From contig NIVC01002821.1 of assembly GCA_002269645.1 (NCBI GenBank), forward strand, positions 1-64,000: a stretch of 64,000 nucleotides of DNA. Reading direction: 5' to 3'. Of the stretch, positions 1 to 11,970 are shown piece after piece. This DNA is from Macrostomum lignano. Taxonomy: Eukaryota. Every line of letters begins with the position of its first letter. Within the stretch, counting starts at the first letter, position 1. The notes beneath the pieces were generated by a model. The model was not told the origin of the DNA. It saw only the letters and a program-made list of their open reading frames with translations, and did not search any database. A program made the position numbers and the translations under genes.

Positions 1-480
1 CATGGGCTGCATATACCTGAACACATCCAATGCTCACATGCTCACGTGATTGAGCACTCCAATGCTCACACCATCTGCATATACCTGAGCACTCGAATGC
101 TCAAATGACTGAGGCACTCCAACCAATGCTCACCATCTGCATATATCTGAGCACCGAATGCTTAATGACTGAGCACTCCAATGCTCACCATCTGCATATA
201 TTTGAGCAGTCCAATGCTCACATGACTGAGCACTCTAATTCTCACCATCTGAATATACCTGAGCACTCCAATTCTCACCATCTGAATATACCTGAGCACT
301 CGAATTCTACCATCTGGATATACCTGAGCACTCCAATGCTCACCATCTGCATATATTTGAGCACTCCAATGCTCACCATCTGCATATATTTGAGCACTCC
401 AATGCTCACATGACTGAGCACTCCAATTCTCACCATCTGAATATACCTGAGCACTCGAACACACACGGCTCAGCACTCTG
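1..480. repeat. ~33-bp minisatellite, probably intronic to the left-edge gene
   Basis: Unit gagcactccaatgctcaccatctgcatatacct; consecutive copies start at 228 and 261. Confidence 0.9.
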
Positions 481-524
481 ACTCAAGTAAACTTATACAT
501 GATCTGAGCACTCCCGAGACTCAC

Positions 525-597
525 CCTGGACCGAACAGCTCAGCAGAAGCCATGCCATCGGCAGCAGCCGCAGCGTCAGGCGCAGTGAAGTCAGCAT
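525..597 (-). CDS. First coding exon (signal-peptide-like) of a gene continuing off the left edge
   Basis: Acceptor ctacag| at 616-617, ATG at 597, MLTSLRLTLRLLPMAWLLLSCSVQ, then a phase-1 donor G|gtgagt at 524. Confidence 0.5.
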
Positions 598-1004
598 TGC
601 GGAGTGGCGGTCGAGCTGTAGGTGAGGGCCGAGCACTGCCAGCTACTCAAGAGCCAAGGCAAAAAACAGACAGACCTGCTCGGCGCGCGACCGAAAGTGC
701 AAGCAAAACGAATGGGGCAGCTACAGATAAAAATGAGTGAGTAGAGAGAGCAGACAGCGCAGCGCCTCTTATTGTAACCAGCCAGCCTTGGCGCAGAGCA
801 GAGGTGAGGAGGCGGGGGCGCCAGTAGGCGGCAGGCAGACGGAACAATAAAAGCATAGAAGCAGAATTCGGTAAGAGAGATGCGGAGAGATGCGGAGCGG
901 CTTAAAAGCCCGCTGGCATTGCAAGAGGGGACAGCCAAGCAGCTGCTGCAGGGGGTGGATGGGGTTTAGGGTCTGAACTGAACTGAGTTCACGCTCGCAG
1001 GACA

Positions 1005-3170
1005 GCCAGGCACTCCCTGGCCCCGCTGCCTTCCACTCCAGCTCACTCTGTCAGGGACTCTCTGGCCCCCGCTGCCTTCCACTCCAGCTCACTCTGTCAG
1101 GGACTCTCTGGCCCCCGCTGCCTTCCACTCCAGCTCACTCTGTCAGGGACTCTCTGGCCCCCGCTGCCTTCCACTCCAGCTCACTCTGTCAGGGACTCTC
1201 TGGCCCCCGCTGCCTTCCACTCCAGCTCACTCTGTCAGGGACTCTCTGGCCCCCGCTGCCTTCCACTCCAGCTCACTCTGTCAGGGACTCCTGGCCCCCG
1301 CTGCCTTCCACTCCAGCTCACTCTGTCAGGGACTCTCTGGCCCCCGCTGCCTTCCACTCCAGCTCACTCTGTCAGGGACTCTCTGGCCCCCGCTGCCTTC
1401 CACTCCAGCTCACTCTGTCAGGGACTCCCTGGCCCCCGCTGCCTTCCACTCCAGGTCACTCTGTCAGGACTCCTGGCCCTGCTGCCTTCCACTCCAGGTC
1501 ACTCTGTCAGGGACTCTCTGGCCCCCGCTGCCTTCCACTCCAGCTCACTCTGTCAGGGACTCTCTGGCCCCCGCTGCCTTCCACTCCAGCTCACTCTGTC
1601 AGGGACTCTCTGGCCCCCGCTGCCTTCCACTCCAGCTCACTCTGTCAGGGACTCTCTGGCCCCCGCTGCCTTCCACTCCAGCTCACTCTGTCAGGGACTC
1701 TCTGGCCCCCGCTGCCTTCCACTCCAGCTCACTCTGTCAGGGACTCCTGGCCCCCGCTGCCTTCCACTCCAGGTCACTCTGTCAAGGACTACCTGGCCCT
1801 GCTGCCTTCCACTCCAGGTCACTCTGTCAGGGACTCTCTGGCCCCCGCTGCCTTCCACTCCAGCTCACTCTGTCAGGACTCTCTGCCCCCGCTGCCTTCC
1901 ACTCCAGCTCACTCTGTCAGGGACTCTCTGGCCCCGCTGCCTTCCACTCCAGCTCACTCTGTCAGGGACTCTCTGGCCCCGCTGCCTTCCACTCCAGCCC
2001 ACTCTGTCAGGGACTCCTGGCCCCGCTGCCTTCCACTCCAGCTCACTCTGTCAAGGACTACCTGGCCCTGCTGCCTTCCACTCCAGCTCACTCTGTCAAG
2101 GACTACCTGGCCCCCGCTGCCTTCCACTCCAGTCACTCTGTCAGGGACTCCTGGCCCCCGCTGTCTTCCACTCCAGGTCACTCTGTCAAGGACTACCTGG
2201 CCCCCGCTGCCTTCCACTCCAGGTCACTCTGTCAAGGACTACCTGGCCCCGCTGCCTTCCACTCCAGCTCACTCTGTCAGGGACTCTCTAGCCCCGCTGC
2301 CTTCCACTCCAGCTCACTCTGTCAGGCACTCCCTGGCCCCCGCTGCCTTCGACTCCAGCCACTCTGTCAGGGACTCCCTGGCCCCCGCTGCCTTCCACTC
2401 CAGCTCACTCTGTCAGGGACTCCCTGGCCCCCGCTGCCTTCGACTCCAGCCCACTCTGTCAGGGACTCTCTGGCCCCCGCTGCCTTCCACTCCAGGTCAC
2501 TCTGTCAGGGACTCCCTGGCCCCCGCTGCCTTCCACTCCAGCTCACTCTGTCAAGGACTACCTGGCCCCGCTGCCTTCCACTCCAGGTCACTCTGTCAAG
2601 GACTACCTGGCCCCGCTGCCTTCCACTCCAGCTCACTCTGTCAGGGACTCCCTGGCCCCGCTGCCTTCCACTCCAGCTCACTCTGTCAGGGACTCCCTGG
2701 CCCCGCTGTCTTCCACTCCAGGTCACTCTGTCAGGGACTCTCTAGCCCCCGCTGCCTTCCACTCCAGCTCACTCTGTCAGGGACTCCCTGGCCCCCGCTG
2801 CCTTCCACTCCAGCTCACTCTGTCAGGGACTCCCTGGCCCCCGCTGCCTTCCACTCCAGCTCACTCTGTCAGGGACTCCCTGGCCAACGCTGCCTTCCAC
2901 TCCAGGTCACTCTGTCAGGGACTCCCTGGCCCCCGCTGCCTTCCACTCCAGCTCACTCTGTCAGGGACTCCCTGGCCAACGCTGCCTTCCACTCCAGGTC
3001 ACTCTGTCAGGCACTCCCTAGCCCCCGCTGCCTTCCACTCCAGCTCACTCTGTCAGGGACTCTCTGGCCACCGCTGCCTTCCACTGCAGGTCACTCTGTC
3101 AAGGACTACCTGGCCCCTGGCCCCGGCTGCCTTCCACTCCAGCTCACTCTGTCAGGGACTCCCTGGCCAA
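1005..3170. repeat. 46-bp minisatellite, ~47 copies
   Basis: Unit tggcccccgctgccttccactccagctcactctgtcagggactctc; period 46 (copies at 1021 and 1067). Confidence 0.95.
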
Positions 3171-4062
3171 CGCAAGAAACTGCGAACCCATAAAAGTTGC
3201 CCTTGAACGAGCAGTTCCGCAGAGCCTATCAATTCATCAGCGCAGTCCATTATCCGGACACCGCTGTCTTCAACATGAGGGACTCAGCAATTCCCCAGCG
3301 GCTCAGGGATCGCCTGCAGCCAGGCGGTCTCAGAATCAATCAATAATTAATGGGCGAAGCGGCCGCAGTGGATCGCCAAATAATGCCCAGAATGCGAGCT
3401 ATTTGCCATAAAAGTAGAAACTAAAAGAATGACGAGACGGAGTTTTGTTTTCTTCACTCAAGTTTCACGAATCACCTGAGCGACTCGGCTTGGTGCAACT
3501 CTGTGTTTATTTTGATGAGATGGTCGCTTTGGCCCGGAATTGAAAACCCAGATTTAAAAATATTTGTTTGGGCTTTATTAAGCTGTGGAATACCATACTA
3601 CTTAGTGCAGCTGCTGAGCAGTAGTAAGCTAATTATCAATATAATAACTATTAAAAAGAAGACACTTTGAATTCAGTAGCGCGTTGGCACCAAACGATTT
3701 GAACTTTAAAGAAAAATTAAAGCAATACTACGAGCGTAATTGCCTCCTACTTAGTCAAAGTAGCAAGTAGAGCATATTGCGAAAAATATTTAGGAAAAAT
3801 TAAGTAAATAAGATGATAAATAAGTATGCAAAAACCACTGTAACAAAACTGCAAAAGAGACACAAGACAATTAAAAGCTGGTTTTGCGGTCCAAAATGGA
3901 GGGTAATGTTGGAAACAATAACTGCGTCAACTCCCGTCTCGAAACCGCCAGTAGCTGGGCGGCAAACCCGATTGGCTGGTAAAAATGAACAATAAAATTG
4001 GAGAAATGCTGACAGCTGCTCGCAACTGGAGCTTTAGCCTGCGGCTTTCGCGCCTGGAGTTT

Positions 4063-5323
4063 CAGAGCGATTCTCTGGGGGTATGAGGGCGATTCTCTGG
4101 GGGTGTGAGGGCGATTCTCTGGGGGTGTGAGGGCGATTCTCTGAGGGTGTGAGGGCGATTCTCGATTCTCTGGGGGTGTGAGGGCGATTCTCTGGGGGTG
4201 TGAGGGCGATTCTCTGAGGGTGTGAGGGCGATTCTCAGAGGGTGTGAGGGCGATTCTCTGGGGTGTGAGGGCGATTCTCAGAGGGTGTGAGGGCGACTCT
4301 GAGGGTGCGAGGGCGACTCTGAGGGTGTGAGGGCGACTCTGAGGGTGCGAGGGCGACTCTGAGGGTGTGAGGGCGACTTTGAGGGTGTGAGGGCGACTCT
4401 GAGGGTGTGAGGGCGACTTTGAGGGTGTGAGGGCGACTCTGAGGGTGTGAGGGCGACTCTGAGGGTGCGAGGGCGACTCTGAGGGTGTGAGGGCGACTTT
4501 GAGGGTGTGAGGGCGACTCTGAGGGTGTGAGGGCGACTTTGAGGGTGTGAGGGCGACTCTGAGGGTGTGAGGGCGACTTTGAGGGTGTGAGGGCGACTCT
4601 GAGGGTGTGAGGGCGACTTTGAGGGTGTGAGGGCGACTCTGAGGGTGTGAGGGCGACTCTGAGGGTGTAAGGGCGACTCTGAGGGTGTGAGGGCGATTCT
4701 CAGAGGGTGTGAGGGCGATTCTCTGGGGGTGTGAGGGCGATTCTCTGGGGGTGTGAGGGCGATTCTCTGAGGGTGTGAGGGCGATTCTCAGAGGGTGTGA
4801 GGGCGATTCTCTGGGGGTGTGAGGGCGATTCTCTGAGGGTGTGAGGGCGATTCTCTGGGGGTGTGAGGGCGATTCTCTGAGGGTGTGAGGGCGATTCTCA
4901 GAGGGTGTGAGGGCGACTCTGAGGGTGCGAGGGCGACTTTGAGGGTGTGAGGGCGACTCTGAGGGTGCGAGGGCGACTCTGAGGGTGTGAGGGCGACTTT
5001 GAGGGTGTGAGGGCGACTCTGAGGGTGTGAGGGCGACTCTGAGGGTGTGAGGGCGACTTTGAGGGTGTGAGGGCGACTCTGAGGGTGTGAGGGCGACTTT
5101 GAGGGTGTGAGGGCGACTCTGAGGGTGTGAGGGCGACTTTGAGGGTGTGAGGGCGACTCTGAGGGTGTGAGGGCGACTTTGAGGGTGTGAGGGCGACTCT
5201 GAGGGTGTGAGGGCGACTCTGAGGGTGTAAGGGCGACTCTGAGGGTGTGAGGGCGATTCTCAGAGGGTGTGAGGGCGATTCTCTGAGGGTGTGAGGGCGA
5301 CTCTGAGGGTGTGAGGGCAATTC
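4063..5323. repeat. G-rich 20/22-bp minisatellite in alternating blocks
   Basis: Blocks of gagggtgtgagggcgactct (20 bp) alternate with blocks of ctctgagggtgtgagggcgatt (22 bp). Confidence 0.95.
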
Positions 5324-5860
5324 TAATAGAAATCTCAAAGTTTCTGGAGCGATTGCAAAAACCGGCCACTTCAAAGAGAACTTACAAAACACTTACAGTA
5401 CAGAATTAACAAGGAAATGTTAGACAAAAAGCTACATAATCATGATTACTAACAGTAGAAGTAGGTCGGTAGCACAGTGGAATATTGAAACAAAAAACAA
5501 GATAATAAAATAGCTAAAATAAGAAGCTGCTAAACAAGAGCTGGAAAAGCCAACAAGGGTATTGCTTAAAATGTATGAACAAGAGCAATGAATGCATGGA
5601 CAGGAACTATTCATAAGCAGAACAGCTATCAATAATGTTCGTATCGAATCAATAACAAACAGAGCTACTTGAAATTTCGAAATTCAACGAAGATTCCGTG
5701 TGATAAAGAAAACAACCAGAGCAAATAGAAAATTTAATAAACAACGGCAGACAACAAAACCTTTCTACTTGGTCAGTACAATCAGTTTGGACACAATCCG
5801 TCAATAGCCAGACTACTGTAAGTAGCCAGTAGATCGGCAACCTAAATGAACAGCCGCAGC

Positions 5861-8800
5861 TCAACTGGCCCAGCCCTGCTGCAGCAGCAAGCGAGTCTTC
5901 AGCGCCGGCCCAGCCGAGCTGTCCATCAGGCGGCTCTGCGAGTCCGTCAGGCAGGCCAGGCTGAGGCCGCCAGCGCCGCCGCCATCGCCTCCGCCGGGTG
6001 TCGCCACCGACGGCGGGAGATCCGGCAGCTGGCGGCGCGGCGGTGGCGGCAGCGGCCGCTGAGGAGCAGTCAGACCGGAAGCGGCACCGGAAGCGGAGCC
6101 GGAAGCGGCACCGGAAACGGAGCTGGAAGCGGCACCGGAAGCGGCGCCGGATCGGGAAGGCAGAGCGGGCGTGTCGTAGCAGGGTGCGGTGGCCAGGATG
6201 AGCTGCTTGATCCAGGCGCCCAGGCGGGTCTTGTCGGTCACGTCCAGCAGCAGCCAGTCGCGGTCGTCGGCCTCCGAGTAGAGCCGCAGGGCGCTGCGCC
6301 GCTTCCGGTCGTCCCTCAGCGGGCCGATGCGCAGCTGGGCGAGCGGCAGGCGGAACTCGCAGCTGCCGTCCGGCTCGGCCAGCTGCACGCAGGAGCTCGG
6401 CAGCAGCTGGGCGAAGCGGCGGCACCAGTGTCCGACAGGCGGCTGCTGGCCGGAGGCGGCCGTGACGGATGGCAGCGCGGCCGGCAGGAGCTTAGCGAAC
6501 ACCAGGCCGGACACGAGCGCGTCTGGGGAGGCCAACGGCGGGCCCTGGGAGGCCGATGATTTGTCGCCGGAACCGCCGCCGCTGCCGGCGCCGAAGGAGC
6601 CGCGGAAGCGACGAATCAGGCCCTCGCCTGGGGACTTGGAGGACTTGGCCGGCTCGCCTGGAATGGTTCGTTGCCGGACAGCGGCTTGTTGCTGGCAGCG
6701 ATTCGCTACTATAAGCTAAAAGTACAGCAATTCACTAACGCAGTTTGCGCTGGCCTCGGCTATATTTAAACTAAAAGATGCTGATCTTTAGTCTCACAGC
6801 CTCTAATCTCACATGCTGATCTCTAGTCTCACAGCCTCTAATCTCACAAGCGGATCTCTAGCCACATGCTGATATCTAGTCTCACACTGATCGATGGCGA
6901 GTCTTCACGCAGAAACGCAAAAATAGACTCAGAGCTCACCAGCAGCACCAGACGCGGCGGAGGCGGCGGAGGCGGCAGCGTGATGCACCGGGCTGGTCTC
7001 CGGCGAGAAGGAAAACGACGAGGACAGCGAAGGCGGCAGGGAGCCGCGCCGGTGGTGCTCGATGCCCGCAGCCGGCGACTGCGACTCGGGGCCGCCGTTC
7101 GCAGCAACCCCGCCGCCGCCCCCGCCACCACCGCTGTAGGAATCGTTGGAGTTTGAAGTGCTGGACGATGAACTGCAGCGAAATGCGGCCCAGGCGGGCG
7201 AGAATGACGCGGCGGTCGCGGCCGCGCTGACGGAGTTGGTCGGCGGGTGTCCGCCGCAGCCGCCGGCGCCGCACGCGGCATTCAGGGCGGCAATCCAGAC
7301 GCGAGCCTCCGATTCGGAATCGGCGGCCAGAGCGTGCATTGGCAGGCTGGCGTGGGCCAGCTTGATCACGTGACAGATGCCGGACTCGCGGTCCGAGTAG
7401 ATGGCGGAGTAGCCGGCCAGCTGCAGGGTTTGGATTGGCCGCTGCTGATGGCGGCAGCACAGGAGGCGGCTGCCCTGCAGAGTGCAGTGGCCGAAGCGGA
7501 CCCAGCGGCCCGAGTCTGACTGGCGCAGCTGCAGCGGCCTGCTCACTGTGGCTGCCGACGCCGACGCCGCCGAAGCCGCAGACGGCGCCGCCCAGGACTC
7601 GGCAAAGGCGGCCGAGGCTGGCCAGCCGGCTACGGACTGGCGGCGACGCGAGTTGACGGCGAGCTTCGAGGGCAGGCTGGGAACAGGGAGATAGGGATTT
7701 TAGAAATGGGATTGAGGTAGACTGAAAGCCAACGAATTTCGATACCGCCCAGCCCTAGATATTCAGTGCTGTGGCGAGCCAATTGAACTTTATGAACTAA
7801 TGAACTCTAGCGTTAGTACGAGTCTTTATGTCTGGTATCGATGGTACGAATTGAATCGAATTTATGCAGCTGGATGATCGGAGCGATGCATCCGGGAGGT
7901 CCTGCTCAGAATTGAAGTACCTACTTTAGGTTTCCAGTGGATATACTCGTAGTTGGATTAAATGTGGATTTTTGTGACAATTTAATGCTCATTAACTTTC
8001 AGGGAAAGAATGGCTCAGAATTTCCTAACTTGTGTGTTTTTGTCAATCTCAGAAAGCAGTCAGAAGATGCCAGATTCTATCAAATATCCAATGGTACCAT
8101 TTTCATCGGGTTAGTGATTTCAGCGTGGCATAGGAAATAAACCGGCATTGGTGTTCGAAACCTCAATATATTCCGCCAAGCAAGGGCAATATCTGTATAA
8201 ACAGTCCAGGACATAATCTGGTACACTATAATAGCAGACTAAGCGCTAGGCAGCTTAAACACAAAAACTAGCAACCGCGACAGAGAACCGCGGATGACTC
8301 ACTTATCCCTGCCCCTCCCCTGTCAGCCCACAGCAACGCAGAATTGAAGCCCCCTGACTTGAGCTGCTTTCTTTGCTCTGCAGCGCCTGACCAGTCAGCC
8401 AAGTCAAGGCGATCCTACCTGCCTGCTCTGGTTACTGCTATGCGGATTGGAAGGAAATAGGAGCATTGAAATGTCAGAAATTTCTTTACAAAATCTTTCA
8501 CTGGTGTAAAGGAAAACATTGTTTAATATCTCAACGGTATCAGCAACTAAAATACCGTTTTTACAAAGCAATAAACTTGTTAGCAGAGATTTAAACAGAT
8601 AAAAAAGACTGTGTTTTGTTTAAATTCACTCGGGCACAGAAGCAATGTCATCGGTGATCCAGCTGCCCCAAAATACCATCAGCCGTGGATTCTTCAAACG
8701 TTATTGAATCATCAATGAAATTCAAGCTGAAATTCTGTGCCTGCTCGATAGCGTGAGCTATTAGAGGGGATTTGGCTGTTGCTGGGTGGCTTAGTGGATG

Positions 8801-10563
8801 AGTTGCCACTCTAGACTTGCAGACTCATGTCGCATTGGCTGGCTGTGGCGGAGTCATTCAACAAACTGCCAACTTCACCCCCCCCCGCAGAGCCACGTCG
8901 ACCAGCTGGAAGCGCAGGCCAGCAACGCTTAGCATGAGTCAGCCAGCACACAATTCCGGGTGCGGGAAATTTATCCCCTCTGCCTACCCCACACAAGGAC
9001 CCTCAGCGTTTTTCCCAATATAGGAAGAAATAATAGCGGCGATAAAGGAGCGCTTACGCGATAGGATTGGACCTGGACGGACTCCACGGCTCCTCGTAGT
9101 CTGGAATGCGATGTTGGGATAAAAGTGCAAATTGTAAGGCTTTTTTTGGAACAAAAATTCGAGAAGCGGCACAACTTACCGACTTCGTCACGGTTGGCTG
9201 CCTCAGAGGGAGGCGGCGAGCTGCAGTTGTTGGCGCTGAAATGCAGAAACCGGAATCTACTCTGCTATTCGGTTCTAGAAATCTGCTAGTCTGAGCAAAC
9301 AGCCAGTTCAAGTACTCAATGTACTTACATAGAGAACATCTGCGGAGGCAAAGACATTCTGACTCGGGCGTCTAGAAAATTAATTGAACAGTTAAAAACA
9401 GATGTAAATTCGTAATGACACTTTTTCAAGCGGGAAGGGAAGAGCGGGAGAAGGGTAAGAGAAGATCGGGAGAAGGGGAAGAGAAGGGGAAGAGAAGGGC
9501 GGGAGAAGGGGAAGAGAAGATCGGGAGAAGGGGAAGAGAAGATCGGGCGAAGGGATGAGAAGAGCGGGAGAAGGGGAAGAGAAGGGGAAGAGAAGGGCGG
9601 GAGAAGGGGAAGAGAAGGGGAAGAGAAGGGCGGGAGAAGGGGAAGAGAAGATCGGGAGAAGGGGAAGAGAAGGGGAAGAGAAGGGCGGGAGAAGGGGATG
9701 AGAAGAGCGGGAGAAGGGTAAGAGAAGATCGGGAGAAGGGGAAGAGAAGGGGAAGAGAAGGGCGGGAGAAGGGGAAGAGAAGGGCGGGAGAAGGGGAAGA
9801 GAAGATCGGGAGAAGGGGAAGAGAAGGGCGGGAGAAGGGGATGAGAAGAGCGGGAGAAGGGTAAGAGAAGATCGGGAGAAGGGGAAGAGAAGGGGAAGAG
9901 AAGGGCGGGAGAAGGGGAAGAGAAGGGCGGGAGAAGGGGAAGAGAAGATCGGGAGAAGGGGAAGAGAAGATCGGGCGAAGGGGATGAGAGGAGCGGGAGA
10001 AGGGGAAGAGAAGGGCAGGAGAAGGGGAAGAGAAGAGCTGGAGTAGGGGAAGAGCTAGAGAAGAGGAAGAGAAGAGCGGGAGACCTCTATCTCTATCCCT
10101 CCTTATAAATAATAAAGGAGGGATAGAACAGAGGGTAAAGGCAGAGAAAATTATTACGCAGGTGTTCCAGGTCACCTCGCTGCGCGGTAGTGGCGGCCTT
10201 CTTGTCGCGCCTGGTCACAGCGGCAGCGGCAGCGACTGCGGAGGCCCCAGACGGCGGCGACCGCGCCTGCCGATCAGTAGCCGCCGGCATCGGCTGCACT
10301 TTGCCCAGCAGACGGGGCGGCTCGGCCAAACTCTCGGCGGGGCACCGGCCGAGGCAGCAGCAGCGCCGGCCGGCTCCCCCAGGCTCCTGGAGCTCCATCG
10401 CGGTCAGGCGGTCCAGCAAGCTTCGCTGGGCGAGCCGTGACCTGTCGGAGAGTGGCTCACTGGCCAGGTCGTGGCGGAGGAACTGCATCAGGCTGACCAG
10501 AAGGTCGTCGCGGGGGCAGCGGTTGGAGCAGCCGCAGTGGCCGGCTGTCTGCTGCTGCGCCAT
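5861..10563 (-). CDS. AFAP1: AFAP1/SKAP-like adaptor: N-terminal helical hairpin, YEEP motif, two PH domains
   Basis: Proposed exons 10563-~10176, 9235-9180, 9100-9058, 7676-6940, 6705-5861. The last four join in consistent phase; the first junction phase is unresolved. LLVSLMQFLRHDLASEPLSDRSRLAQRSLLDRL matches the SKAP/AFAP N-terminal pattern. PH1: RLLCCRHQQRPIQTLQLAGYSAIY...ALAADSESEARVWIAAL. PH2 ends LLDVTDKTRLGAWIKQLILAT followed by CYD. Confidence 0.65.
6780..6885. repeat. Short intronic tandem repeat, ~3 copies
   Basis: atgctgatctctagtctcacagcctctaatctcac-like units. Confidence 0.75.
9430..10078. repeat. Near-homopurine ~22-bp minisatellite (intronic)
   Basis: gagaaggggaagagaagggcgg / ...agatcgg variants. 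Confidence 0.9.
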
Positions 10564-10662
10564 CGATGCGCTCTGGAATTCCCGGGTGGCTGGTGGCAGC
10601 TGCTGCAGAGGCGGGCGAATGCCAGGAACTGCTGGCGAGCATGAATTCGTGAACAGGAGATT

Positions 10663-11647
10663 GTGTGACCCTGCCCTCCACCTGTGTGACCCTGCCCTCC
10701 ACCTGTGTAATCCTGCTCTCCACCTGTGTGATCCTGCTCTCCACCTGTGTGACCCTGCCCTCCACCTGTGTGACCCTGCCCTCCACCTGTGTGATCCTGC
10801 TCTCCACCTGTGTGTCCCTGCCCTCCACCTGTGTGACCCTGCCCTCCACCTGTGTGACCCTGCCCTCCACCTGTGTGACCCTGCCCTCCACCTGTGTAAT
10901 CCTGCTCTCCACCTGTGTGATCCTGCTCTCCACCTGTGTGACCCTGCCCTCCACCTGTGTGACCCTGCCCTCCACCTGTGTGATCCTGCTCTCCACCTGT
11001 GTGACCCTGCCCTCCACCTATGTGACCCTGCCCTCCACCTATGTGACCCTGCCCTCCACCTATATGACCCTGCCCTCCACCTATGTGACCCTGCCCTCCA
11101 CCTGTGTGACCCTGCCCTCCACCTGTGTGACCCTGCCCTCCACCTGTGTGATCCTGCTCTCCACCTGTGTGACCCTGCCCTCCACCTGTGTGACCCTGCC
11201 CTCCACCTATGTGACCCTGCCCTCCACCTGTGTGACCCTGCCCTCCACCTGTGTGACCCTGCCCTCCACCTGTGTGACCCTGCCCTCCACCTGTGTGACC
11301 CTGCTCTCCACCTGTGTGACCCTGCTCTCTACCTGTGTGACCCTGCTCTCTACCTGTGTGACCCTGATCTCCACCTGTGTGTCCCTGCTCTCCACCTGTG
11401 TGACCCTAATCTCCACCTGTGTGACCCTGCTCTCTATCTGAGTGACCCTGCTCTCCACCTGTGTGACCCTGCTCTCTATCTGAGTGACCCTGCTCTCCAC
11501 CTGTGTGACCCTGCTCTCTATCTGAGTGACCCTGCTCTCCACCTGTGTGACCCTGCTCTCTATCTGAGTGACCCTGCTCTCTACCTGAGTGACCCTGATC
11601 TCCACCTGTGTGACCCTGATCTCCACCTGTGTGACCCCGAACTGTGT
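10663..11647. repeat. 21-bp minisatellite between AGA and the AFAP1-like gene
   Basis: Unit ccacctgtgtgaccctgccct; it produces the spurious CDPALHL ORF. Confidence 0.95.
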
Positions 11648-11970
11648 GATGGAAATTCGAAACTATTTTATTTTCTGCCATTTATACTATTTGATAACGG
11701 GATAACTAAATGTATTAGCCTTAAAACATTACAAAAATTAACAAGAGACATTCAAAAATATTTTTACAAAATAAATAGAAAATCATTTATTGTTGAACCC
11801 CCACAATGAGACAGTAGTCTTAGGTGCGATAGAAGACAACAGGGCATCAAATACGAGCTATCAATCATATTACAGCGCATTATTAAATCCGAATGATAAG
11901 AATCGAAGTATTGGTAAATATTTTTGCGTCAATCGAAAGACTCGGCTTAACAAAAAATAGCTGCCACTGC

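Noticed and set aside
5846-7694. Plus-strand GC-rich ORFs over the PH exons, and likewise over AGA, SIRT7 and MINPP1
   Set aside because: Antisense shadows of GC-rich coding exons.
8290-9000. Possible extra exons of the AFAP1-like gene (donor gtgagt near 8300)
   Set aside because: Not needed: the exon ending at 9058 joins 7676 in phase, and no recognisable peptide was found. Alternative exons cannot be excluded.
10190-11809. 539-aa ORF with (CDPALHL)n, and similar long ORFs at 4788-5392, 9426-10175, 33067-34413, 34834-35772, 44077-44654, 46909-47656 and 50631-51166
   Set aside because: These are translations of minisatellites that lack stops in several frames on both strands, and most lie in introns or spacers of recognisable genes.
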